Below, piece after piece: positions 1-8,267 of a stretch of 64,000 bases of DNA. Numbering within the stretch: the stretch's first letter is position 1; every line of letters begins with the position of its first letter. The position numbers and the translations under genes are program-made. The notes below the pieces were generated by a model. The model made no database searches, was not told where the DNA came from, and worked only from the letters and a program-made list of their open reading frames with translations. Source of the DNA: Nanobdellota archaeon (GTDB lineage Archaea; Nanobdellota; Nanobdellia; Pacearchaeales; GW2011-AR1); contig JBBSYD010000032.1 in assembly GCA_038045425.1 (NCBI GenBank), positions 36,417 through 100,416 of the forward strand, written 5' to 3'.

Positions 1-401
1 TTAGTTTTGTATGCTTCTTCAAGAATTTCTTTTATAAATTCATAATATTTCGTGTTTGTAACATCCTTGAATTTGACAATTTTGATAAGTTTTTTCTTTT
101 CTTCAGGCAATTTTTCTACAATTTCTTTTATTTCTTTTTCTTTTTCGTCTCCTTTTCTTAGAGCGACTTTCCATGCTCTTGTTTTGTTATATTTATCTAG
201 AACCTCTAAATTTATGGCTTGAAGTCTGTCTCCAATCACTACAATAATATCTTCTTTTGTATTTTCTAATGCCCAAAGAATATATTTTTCTATATTTTCT
301 TTTGTAAAATATTTATTTCCTAAGCTAATTCCTATCCAGATATTGAATTTTTTGGATTCGACTTCTTCCTTTGTGCAACCCAAGTAGTTTATGATTTTCA
401 T
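1..401 (-). CDS. tRNA-dependent cyclodipeptide synthase (CDPS), 3' end beyond the window edge
   Basis: Not in ORF track. Manual translation from ATG 401: MKIINYLGCTKEEVESKKFNIWIGISLGNKYFTKENIEKYILWALENTKEDIIVVIGD..., open to position 1. GISxGNxYF matches the CDPS N-terminal catalytic-Ser motif. Confidence 0.8.
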   Translation of the reverse strand, partial: MKIINYLGCTKEEVESKKFNIWIGISLGNKYFTKENIEKYILWALENTKEDIIVVIGDRLQAINLEVLDKYNKTRAWKVALRKGDEKEKEIKEIVEKLPEEKKKLIKIVKFKDVTNTKYYEFIKEILEEAYKT

Positions 402-475
402 AGAGATATTATAAATTAAGAGGTTATAATATTTGCGGAGGATAAGTTTATTAGTTAATTAAAACTCTTGGAATT

Positions 476-697
476 ATGGAATTTAGTAAATGGGCAGTTG
501 TGGCTGAACTATTTTCGGGAATATGCTTTATGGTTTCGGCATTGTTTTTAAGTGGAATGACTGGGGCAGTCATTGGAACGGATTTTCAACAGAATAGAAC
601 ATATGGATTAGCGTTTTTAGTTTTGGCAGTGTCCGCGGCTTCTTTATTTATTCTCTTTAAAAGAAAGACAAGCAAAGATATTAAAACGTGGAATTAA
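476..697 (+). CDS. small membrane protein, two hydrophobic segments
   Basis: ORF track, hydrophobic pattern, upstream TATA-like box. Confidence 0.6.
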   Translation: MEFSKWAVVAELFSGICFMVSALFLSGMTGAVIGTDFQQNRTYGLAFLVLAVSAASLFILFKRKTSKDIKTWN

Positions 698-707
698 TCT
701 GTTATAA

Positions 708-1613
708 ATGACTATTGGTGATTGGATATTAATATTTTTAGTTGTTGTTTGCTTGGCAGTTTCTGGATTTTTATTTTATTCTCAGATTAGTGCTAAAACT
801 ATAGAGTATAAGCAATTTGTTTCTAATGTTACTGTTAACATGACAAATAGTAGTATTCAATTTTATCCTAATATGAGATTCTCGTCTAGTGATTTAACGT
901 ATAGTCTTGATTCTGGATGTAATGAAAATAGAAAAAAGTCTGCGATTGATGCTATGAAATTATTGGAAAGTGAAATTCCAGTGACGTTTACTCTTGGGAC
1001 TGAAAATCCAGAGATTATTATTGAATGTAGTTCAGAAGAACCTGAAATTGCTGAAAAGAATCATGTAATTGCAGGAGCGGCTAAACCTAATAATATAATA
1101 AATGCAACTAAGTTTTTTGTTATAGAAAATTCTAATATTTCTTTGTATAAGGATGAAAGTTGTGATAGGCCATTGGTGGCATTGCATGAAATGTTACATG
1201 CATTTGGTTTTGACCACAATAGTAATGAAAATAGTATAATGTATCCTATAACTAGTTGTGAAGAGGAAATTGATTTGGATATTATTAATGAGTTGAAAAG
1301 ATTGTATTCGTATGCGAGTTTGCCTGATGTTGTTATTGAAAAAGTTGTTGCTAATAGTTCTGGAAGATATATTAATTTTGAGATAGAAATAGGAAATCAG
1401 GGATTGATTGATGCGAAAAATGTTCAGTTGGACATTGTGTCTTCTGGAGAGAGCGCGAAAGTTTATGAGTTAGAAGATATTGAAGTTGGAAGGAAAAAAA
1501 TACTTTCTGTTCAGAATATTAAAGTTAAAGATGCTGAAAATGTTGAATTTAGAATAATTATGAACGAAGGGGATTTGAATATGGCAGATAATACTGCTAA
1601 ATTATATTCATAA
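708..1613 (+). CDS. membrane-anchored matrixin-family (metzincin) metalloprotease with C-terminal CARDB-like domain
   Basis: HEMLHAFGFDH zinc motif, SIMYP Met-turn, N-terminal TM, C-terminal PDVVI...IGNQG beta domain. Confidence 0.85.
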   Translation: MTIGDWILIFLVVVCLAVSGFLFYSQISAKTIEYKQFVSNVTVNMTNSSIQFYPNMRFSSSDLTYSLDSGCNENRKKSAIDAMKLLESEIPVTFTLGTENPEIIIECSSEEPEIAEKNHVIAGAAKPNNIINATKFFVIENSNISLYKDESCDRPLVALHEMLHAFGFDHNSNENSIMYPITSCEEEIDLDIINELKRLYSYASLPDVVIEKVVANSSGRYINFEIEIGNQGLIDAKNVQLDIVSSGESAKVYELEDIEVGRKKILSVQNIKVKDAENVEFRIIMNEGDLNMADNTAKLYS

Positions 1614-1623
1614 GTTTATCAAA

Positions 1624-1814
1624 AGCACGATGTGCTACCTCGACTTTTAAGTCATGGTTTGTAACAAGCACTCGTGCCATCAAGGACTTCATGTCCTTGA
1701 CTGCCATCGAGAATTTCAATTCTCGAGGTTTGGATGCCAAGAAAACCTTTGGTTTTCTGGCATAGAGAAATCTAAGAAGATTTTCTATGCTCGCGAACGT
1801 TATAACGTTCGTGA
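1624..1814. repeat. intergenic array of tandem hairpins
   Basis: tcaaggac/gtccttga, tcgagaatt/aattctcga, gccaagaaaacc/ggttttctggc, gcatagagaaatct/agattttctatgc, tcgcgaacgtta/taacgttcgtga, plus shorter stems. Confidence 0.85.
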
Positions 1815-1853
1815 CATATAAAAGTTTAAAAAGTGGTTTTATTTTGGAGGTGT

Positions 1854-2228
1854 GTGGCAAGGGCAGATACACGATTAGCATATTATCATTCTTTAGCAGC
1901 AATTCAAAGAGGATTTAAGTCGGATGAGGACAGAAGAGAATTTGTTGCTGAATATCCGGTTATTGCAGGAGAGATATTTTATTATTTAAATGATAGAACC
2001 TTAGGTAAAATGGTTGCTAGAACTTATGCTACGCATCCACGGGCTGAAATGCGGGAGCTTGCAAAGGTTACGAAATTGGTTTTTATGGAAAGAGATAGAA
2101 TTAAGGCTATGAAAGAATCTAGCTTGAGTGTTAGTTTAAATATGAATAGTGTTCCATTGCTTTCTCTTCAAGAAGAGGGAATTGAATTGAGTGAGGAAGA
2201 GAAATTGGATCGAAGAGTTAAGTATTAA
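1854..2228 (+). CDS. hypothetical protein
   Basis: ORF track frame; likely GTG start at 1854 after GGAGG. Confidence 0.6.
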   Translation: MARADTRLAYYHSLAAIQRGFKSDEDRREFVAEYPVIAGEIFYYLNDRTLGKMVARTYATHPRAEMRELAKVTKLVFMERDRIKAMKESSLSVSLNMNSVPLLSLQEEGIELSEEEKLDRRVKY

Positions 2229-2331
2229 ATTATATTTTTTTAATGTGAATTATAACTTGGAAATTATTATTAAATAAAATAGGGATTATTATCTAAGAAG
2301 AGACATTTGTTTAATTGCAAAAGTTTTGAGA

Positions 2332-2504
2332 GAGCAAGCTTTAAACATCAAGAACAAAGTTCTTGAGTGCCTCAAGAAGTTTAATAAACTTCTTTCAGCA
2401 TCGAGGATTTTTGATCCTCGTGGCTTAAAACTTCTACAGGAAGTTTTAAACTTCAAAATCTTTTAGATTTTGAGGTCTAAAGCTTGCAGGGAGCAAGCTT
2501 TAAA
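2332..2504. repeat. five-hairpin array bounded by 14-bp direct repeats
   Basis: gagcaagctttaaa at 2332-2345 and 2491-2504; inverted taaagcttgc at 2478-2487; internal stems tcaagaac/gttcttga, aagaagttt/aaacttctt, cgaggat/atcctcg, ttaaaacttc/gaagttttaa, tcaaaatc/gattttga. Confidence 0.85.
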
Positions 2505-2535
2505 TATCTCTTTAATCTTGATGATTTGAAAGAAG

Positions 2536-3039
2536 ATGCCAGAAAAAGATGTATTAATAAAAGAGAAGCTTGAGCATGTCGGTTTGTTCGACTATGGAGA
2601 GTTTTATGCTTATGCGTATAATTGGTTTAAGAATGAAAACTATAGTATAGTTGAAAATAAATATACTGAAAAAGCAGGAGGAAGTTCGAGAGATATAGAG
2701 TTTGAATGGACTGCTGGAAGTAAATTAAGTGATTACTTCAAATCTGAAATAAATTTCAAGATTGTAGTTGATGGAATGAGCGATGTAGAAGTCGAGATTG
2801 ATGGAAAGAAGAAGAAGATGAACAAGGGAAGAGTTAGAATGGAGTTCAAGGGAGTTTTGCATAGAGATATTGCTGGAAAGTATGAAAGTACTGGATTTTA
2901 CATGTTTTTAAGAGGAATTTATAATAAATATGTTATTCCTAATAGAGTTGACGTAATGGAAGACAAAGTTAAGGATGATACTCGTGACTTTAAAGAGAAA
3001 TTGAAGGCATTTCTCGAAATGAGTGGAAAGAGAAGTTAA
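2536..3039 (+). CDS. hypothetical protein
   Basis: 167-aa ORF with typical codon usage. Confidence 0.75.
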   Translation: MPEKDVLIKEKLEHVGLFDYGEFYAYAYNWFKNENYSIVENKYTEKAGGSSRDIEFEWTAGSKLSDYFKSEINFKIVVDGMSDVEVEIDGKKKKMNKGRVRMEFKGVLHRDIAGKYESTGFYMFLRGIYNKYVIPNRVDVMEDKVKDDTRDFKEKLKAFLEMSGKRS

Positions 3040-3115
3040 TTTTTTACATAATATCTATCGTCGACAAATATCTAACCATACAAATATTTATAAAATAAAA
3101 CTATATGTGAATTGT

Positions 3116-4477
3116 ATGAAAAAGATTTTAATTTTAAGTTTAGTGTTATTACTTCTTATAAGTGGAGTTAGCGGATATACTATTTCCAAAGAAATGAAGT
3201 CGGAGGTTATTTTGGCAGAGGTTGGAAATCCAGTTGTTTTTGATTTGACTATTAATGGAGGTGCAGGAGATGATTTTGCAGAGGTTTATTCGTTATTAGG
3301 ATTAAGATTTGATCCTCAGGCAACATTTAATCTTCCTGGAAGTATTACTAAAGAAGTTAAGGCATATGCTGGAAAGGATTATTTGAATCATCCTGGAAAT
3401 TATATTGTAGATTACTATGTTAGAGGTTCTTTGGGGCAGGTAATGGATAGTTTGTCATTTAGAGTTGTTTCTTTGAAGGATGCAATTGCAATAATTCCTA
3501 GCAATTTAGGATATGATGATACTATTATAGAATTAAGCGTACAAAATACTCAAAATGCTTATATGAATGACGTAGTGTTGACTTTTGATTCTGAATTTGG
3601 TGTTTCTCAACAGAAGCTTAGTTTGGAACCATTCGGGAAAGCTAATGTAAGTATCCCTGTGGATGCAAGTAAATCTAAGAAATTATCTGCTGGAAGATAT
3701 ATTATTACTGCTTCTATTGCAATGGAAGATGCAAAAGTTAAGGTTGAAGGTGTTGTTAATTATCTTGAGAAAGAAGGAACTTCTATAGTTACTGAAAAAG
3801 ATGGATTTATCATTAGAACAACTAAGATAACTAAGAAAAATGAGGGAAATGTTCCTGTGCAAGATAAAATTGAAATAAGTAAAGACGTATTGTCTAGATT
3901 GTTTACTACTTTTTCCGATTCTTCCGATAAATCTGAAAGAAGCGGATTAGGAGTTAATTATATTTGGACTAAGCCATTGCAACCAGGAGAGTCTTGGGTT
4001 GTTTCTAGCACAACTAATTATACCTTGCCATTCTTCCTATTGCTTTTGATAGTTGTTGTAGCAGTATTGGTAAATCTCTATTCTAAGACTAATGTTGTTG
4101 TAAGTAAGCAAGTTTCATATGTTAAAACTAGAGGAGGAGAATTTGCTTTGAAAGTTAGAATTGGAGTTAAAGCAAGAAGTCATGTTGATAGAATACAGGT
4201 TATTGATAGATTGCCTGGAATGACTAAATTGTATGAGAAGTTTGGAATAAAGCCAGACAAGATTGATCCTATGACTAGAAGAATATTCTGGAATGTGTCT
4301 AGATTGCAAGCGGGAGAAGAAAGAGTGTTCTCTTATATTATTTATTCAACTGTTAATGTAGTTGGAAGATTTGAATTGCCTGCTACAACTGCAATATATG
4401 AAAAGGATGGAAAGACACATGAAGTTTTATCCAATAGAGCATTCTTTATGAGTGAGATGAGTTCGCAGGAAGAATAA
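3116..4477 (+). CDS. signal-peptide-bearing membrane/surface protein with beta-rich domains
   Basis: Start reassigned to MKKILIL (3116); signal peptide, internal TM helix. Confidence 0.75.
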   Translation: MKKILILSLVLLLLISGVSGYTISKEMKSEVILAEVGNPVVFDLTINGGAGDDFAEVYSLLGLRFDPQATFNLPGSITKEVKAYAGKDYLNHPGNYIVDYYVRGSLGQVMDSLSFRVVSLKDAIAIIPSNLGYDDTIIELSVQNTQNAYMNDVVLTFDSEFGVSQQKLSLEPFGKANVSIPVDASKSKKLSAGRYIITASIAMEDAKVKVEGVVNYLEKEGTSIVTEKDGFIIRTTKITKKNEGNVPVQDKIEISKDVLSRLFTTFSDSSDKSERSGLGVNYIWTKPLQPGESWVVSSTTNYTLPFFLLLLIVVVAVLVNLYSKTNVVVSKQVSYVKTRGGEFALKVRIGVKARSHVDRIQVIDRLPGMTKLYEKFGIKPDKIDPMTRRIFWNVSRLQAGEERVFSYIIYSTVNVVGRFELPATTAIYEKDGKTHEVLSNRAFFMSEMSSQEE

Positions 4478-4524
4478 GATTTTTATTTCGGAATGTTTAT
4501 AAATAATATTAGTCTTTAGATTAT

Positions 4525-4728
4525 ATGCAAAATGCTGAGTCTAATTATGATTTCTATATGAGCGAGGATCTTAGTTCTTATAGTGGGGAATGGGTGGCGA
4601 TATCAAATAATAAGATAATCTCTCATGGGAAAGATGTGAGAATGGTTGCAAAAGAGGCAATGATTGTTTGCGGGAATAAGAAGTTTTTACTCTCGAAGAT
4701 TCCTTCAAATGAGACATTGATATTTTAA
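4525..4728 (+). CDS. DUF5678-like small protein
   Basis: YSGEWVAI...IISHGKD pattern; immediately precedes an aspartyl protease. Confidence 0.7.
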   Translation: MQNAESNYDFYMSEDLSSYSGEWVAISNNKIISHGKDVRMVAKEAMIVCGNKKFLLSKIPSNETLIF

Positions 4729-4730
4729 AA

Positions 4731-5165
4731 ATGACTTTAACTTATAGGTATAAGGAAGTGTATAGAACTAATAATATTCAAACTAGGACTCCTTCCATCC
4801 CTATGACTTTGTCTGGAAAGGGGATTAAATTTGAATTTACAGTCCTTATTGATTCTGGAGCAGATATTTCGGCAATTCCAAAACAGGTGGCTGAATTATT
4901 AGGATTGGATTTATCTGGGAAAAAAGAAGAAACATTCGGAATTGGAGGTTCTGCTTCTGCAGTTTCATCTAATATTCGTATAGATTTTGGAAAAGTTCAT
5001 GAAAAATATTCTGTGGATTTACCAGTTAAAGTAATTTTATCAGATTATGATTTTCCACCATTAATTGGAAGATCTGTATTTTTTGATAAGTTTAGAATAA
5101 CTTTTGATCAAGCTAAGTTTAATATTCATTTGAAAGCTAATACTAACAATAATCTTCTTGGCTAG
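4731..5165 (+). CDS. retropepsin-like aspartic protease
   Basis: LIDSGAD catalytic motif, GIGG flap, LIGR motif. Confidence 0.85.
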   Translation: MTLTYRYKEVYRTNNIQTRTPSIPMTLSGKGIKFEFTVLIDSGADISAIPKQVAELLGLDLSGKKEETFGIGGSASAVSSNIRIDFGKVHEKYSVDLPVKVILSDYDFPPLIGRSVFFDKFRITFDQAKFNIHLKANTNNNLLG

Positions 5166-5287
5166 AATAGTTAATTATATTCGGTAAATCTATTATTTCA
5201 AACAATAACCTTTATATATATATTCCAAAATTGTGAGTTTAAACCCCGCATAGGAAAATATAAATATAGATTATTACTTGTTAATTA

Positions 5288-6094
5288 ATGCATAAAAAGA
5301 GTGAAATAATATTTAGATTAAAAGAGTTAGAAAAGGAATTAGGAAGAAGACCTGTAAAAACAGATAGTCCTTCGCTTTATACCTTGTCAAGAAAATATTT
5401 TGGTACTTGGAATAATATGATGACTGAAGCAGGATATCAATGTAAATTATTTCAAATTCCTGTAACTCCTAAAGAGATTACTTCAGATTTAAGTTATTTT
5501 TTAGGATTAATGTCTACTGATGGGCACATACAAGTAATAAAACAAAGATGGCTGTACCGTGTTATGATGTATACTAGCGAAAAAGAAGAAGTAGAAATGA
5601 TATTAAATATTATTAAAAAGTTGTTTAGTTATACTGCTTCAGTTAGAGCAAGAAAAACAGGATTTTCTAAAAGACCAAATTATGAAATATACATATCTTC
5701 TAAAAAGATTGCATTATTTTTAAATTCGTTAGGAATTCCGATAGGAGCTAAATCCTATAATCTTTTAGTTCCTAAGATGTTCTTTGAGAATAAGCAAGAA
5801 TATTTTTGGGATTATTTAAGGGGAGTCTTTGATGGAGATGGTTCAATTGTTTTTAGTAATAATAATTTTAGCTTTAAAATCTCATCTGGTTCAGTTAGAT
5901 TTCTTGAGGGAATAAATAAGATTCTTATAGAGAAAGGATTTAAGAATTTTAAGATTTCTAAACAAGATGAGTATGTTTGGATTCTAAGAACAAATATAAA
6001 GGAAAATATTAAACAACTATATTCTTGTATTTATAATAATTCTTCGTTTTTTTATCCTCGAAAACAGTTAAAATGGTCTAAGCAGTATATTTAA
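5288..6094 (+). CDS. free-standing two-motif LAGLIDADG homing endonuclease-like protein
   Basis: YFLGLMSTDG and YLRGVFDGDG motifs; N-terminal LGRRP...YFGTWN repeat; no intein splicing motifs. Confidence 0.85.
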   Translation: MHKKSEIIFRLKELEKELGRRPVKTDSPSLYTLSRKYFGTWNNMMTEAGYQCKLFQIPVTPKEITSDLSYFLGLMSTDGHIQVIKQRWLYRVMMYTSEKEEVEMILNIIKKLFSYTASVRARKTGFSKRPNYEIYISSKKIALFLNSLGIPIGAKSYNLLVPKMFFENKQEYFWDYLRGVFDGDGSIVFSNNNFSFKISSGSVRFLEGINKILIEKGFKNFKISKQDEYVWILRTNIKENIKQLYSCIYNNSSFFYPRKQLKWSKQYI

Positions 6095-6121
6095 AAATGT
6101 AAGTTTTTACATAATTACATA

Positions 6122-6271
6122 CCCTCCGTAGCTCAATGGCAGAGCGCCCGGCTGTAGTTAATATAACTAGCACAGACTTTCCATATGGAAACAGGATGAA
6201 GTGCGAACAGAGCATTTTCGTTAGAAAATAGCAGAACCCGGGCTACCCAAGTTCGATTCTCGGCGGGGGGA
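6122..6271 (+). tRNA. tRNA-Tyr(GTA) with 79-nt intron (6158-6236)
   Basis: Acceptor CCCTCCG/CGGGGGG, D arm GCTC/GAGC, anticodon stem CCCGG/CCGGG, TTCGATT T-loop, BHB helix CTGT/GCAG at 37/38. Confidence 0.9.
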
Positions 6272-6280
6272 TTTTTTACG

Positions 6281-6841
6281 ATGGTTGAAAAAATACTTAC
6301 AACTGAAAAGGAATTGGAACTTGCAGAGTATTATGCACTTAATGGAGGGTTTTCGGAAGAGTATATGAATAGATGCTTGAATAATGCTGAAGATTTGGCA
6401 AAAAAACAGGGGAAAAATATATCTCTGGAATTAAGAAGAATAAGATCTATTTGGGATGAAACTTGTCAAATTCCACAAACTCTAGATATACTGAAAAAAA
6501 TTGCAACACATAGAAAAATTGATATAAATGAAGAAATTAAAAAAGTTGAAGAAAAATTCTGGGGATATTCTTTTAATGATTTACCTGTAATTAAAATTAA
6601 TAAAAAAGAATTTCAAGTTCTTTATGCAATTGCAAGAGATGGAAGAGATAATTTAGAAAGATTAAAAGATTTGTTTGAAGGACAAGTTATTATGAAAATT
6701 CTTGATAAGTTAGAAATGTCGGGATTGATAAAAATAGAATATCGAGACAAAAAGATTTATGGGTTTATGGAAACTACAAAAGGAAATGAATTGTTAGAAA
6801 GTGAAGAATATTCTAAATGGTTTAAGGAATGTGGGGATTAA
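6281..6841 (+). CDS. hypothetical protein, possible C-terminal winged helix
   Basis: ILDKLEMSGLI...TTKG wHTH-like ending. Confidence 0.6.
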   Translation: MVEKILTTEKELELAEYYALNGGFSEEYMNRCLNNAEDLAKKQGKNISLELRRIRSIWDETCQIPQTLDILKKIATHRKIDINEEIKKVEEKFWGYSFNDLPVIKINKKEFQVLYAIARDGRDNLERLKDLFEGQVIMKILDKLEMSGLIKIEYRDKKIYGFMETTKGNELLESEEYSKWFKECGD

Positions 6842-7660
6842 ATGAAGCTTAAAGTAATGCAGTATAATATTTTGCATGGTTTTTATAATCCTCTTCACAA
6901 TAAGGACATGTCTTTTGATTTTGAAGGTGATCGATTAATGGCTGCACAGAAAGCAGTTAAAAAAGAGAATCCTGATGTATTGGTTCTAAATGAGGCATGT
7001 TTTGCTGAAAAAAGTAGATGGAGTATTTTAATGGATTATCCGAAATTGTTTAATTATCCTCATCATTATCATGCTCCTAGCGGTTATGAATGGGGAATTT
7101 CAGTATTATCTCGTTTTCCAATAGTTGAAAGAGAGAACTATAGTCTTCCCAATTGTCCATTTGCTAGAATAACTCTTGACTTGAAAGGCTACAAGTTGGG
7201 ACTAAATGTTTTGCATCCACATCCTACTTTAACTGAAGAGGAAAAAATGAGATTTGTTCAGTCTTCATTAAGAGATATAAAACATCCTTGTTTAGTGGTT
7301 GGAGATTTTAATGCTCTATCAGATGAGGACGACTATAATTTTGATAAACTTTATAGAGGATTTTCTAACTTTGATAAGCATGCTTCAAATACTGTGAAGG
7401 AATTTAAGAAACGATTGCCTATTAGGGCTATACTTGATAAAAGACTAAGAGATACTTTTATTGTTGCTCGTAATCCATGGAATTATACAATTCCGACAGA
7501 CCATTGCTCTAAGAATAAAGATTCTGCTATGAGAATAGATTATATATTTTGTTCAAATGATATTGGAGTGAAAGATGCTTATGTAGTAAAGAATAATTTT
7601 ACTGAAAAAGCTTCGGATCATTATCCTATTGTTGCAGTATTAGATATTAAGAAGAAATAA
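6842..7660 (+). CDS. endonuclease/exonuclease/phosphatase (EEP) family protein
   Basis: QYNI, LNE, GDFN, RIDYIF, SDHYP motifs. Confidence 0.92.
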   Translation: MKLKVMQYNILHGFYNPLHNKDMSFDFEGDRLMAAQKAVKKENPDVLVLNEACFAEKSRWSILMDYPKLFNYPHHYHAPSGYEWGISVLSRFPIVERENYSLPNCPFARITLDLKGYKLGLNVLHPHPTLTEEEKMRFVQSSLRDIKHPCLVVGDFNALSDEDDYNFDKLYRGFSNFDKHASNTVKEFKKRLPIRAILDKRLRDTFIVARNPWNYTIPTDHCSKNKDSAMRIDYIFCSNDIGVKDAYVVKNNFTEKASDHYPIVAVLDIKKK

Positions 7661-7751
7661 AATATTCGATTTATAGATAGGGGGATTTTTTATATAAATA
7701 ATCCCTTGTTTTTTTGGCAATGTTTATTAAGTGAATTAAAGTAAATGCAAT

Positions 7752-7958
7752 ATGAAAAACGATGAATGTATAATATACCTGACAACTAAACGTGGCTCTA
7801 CTCAGATTTACCGCAGAGATAAAAAAGGTTGGACACAAAAAAGTTCAAAAGGCATAGTTCGCAGAATGACTGCAGAACAACTTTTATCTCATTTATTGCC
7901 TCCACTTGCAACTAAGAAAAAAAGTAAAGTAACTATTAAAGTAGAGAGAAAAAAGTAA
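7752..7958 (+). CDS. small basic hypothetical protein
   Basis: ORF track; upstream TATA-like box. Confidence 0.6.
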   Translation: MKNDECIIYLTTKRGSTQIYRRDKKGWTQKSSKGIVRRMTAEQLLSHLLPPLATKKKSKVTIKVERKK

Positions 7959-8062
7959 ACAATCGTTAATTAATTAAAATACAGATTTTAGCAAAATTAA
8001 TCTCCTCTTGGCAAAAGTATTTTTTAGGGTAGTTTTAAATATCCGAGTGTGTTTGAAATAGT

Positions 8063-8182
8063 ATGAAGGACATACCTGGATTGAGTGAAGATGAGCTTTT
8101 GGGAAGAGGAATTAAAGGTAAACCCAAGAAGAAAAGGATTAAGATTATAAAAGACGATGAAGAAATTGTTGTGAGGAAATAA
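8063..8182 (+). CDS. 39-aa small protein
   Basis: Manual translation MKDIPGLSEDELLGRGIKGKPKKKRIKIIKDDEEIVVRK; ttttaaat box ~25 nt upstream. Confidence 0.5.
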   Translation: MKDIPGLSEDELLGRGIKGKPKKKRIKIIKDDEEIVVRK

Positions 8183-8267
8183 TATTTCTAGGAGGGGAAT
8201 TTTAGAAGTAGCGAGTAATACAGCTCTGCTATATATAGCATAATTGCTTGGAAATTATGGACTTAAA

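Noticed and set aside
1597..1902. 101-aa minus-strand ORF
   Set aside because: Runs through the hairpin array and overlaps both neighbours; likely spurious.
1624..2504. CRISPR array
   Set aside because: Units are different palindromes, with no constant repeat plus unique spacers; no cas operon in the window.
5288..6094. Intein or intron-encoded endonuclease
   Set aside because: No N-terminal Cys/Ser or C-terminal His-Asn splice motifs, and no interrupted host gene seen.
7665..7692. tRNA-Tyr 3' remnant as a firm att site
   Set aside because: Only ttcgatt and gggggatttttta match at similar spacing; kept as weak support, not listed as a feature.
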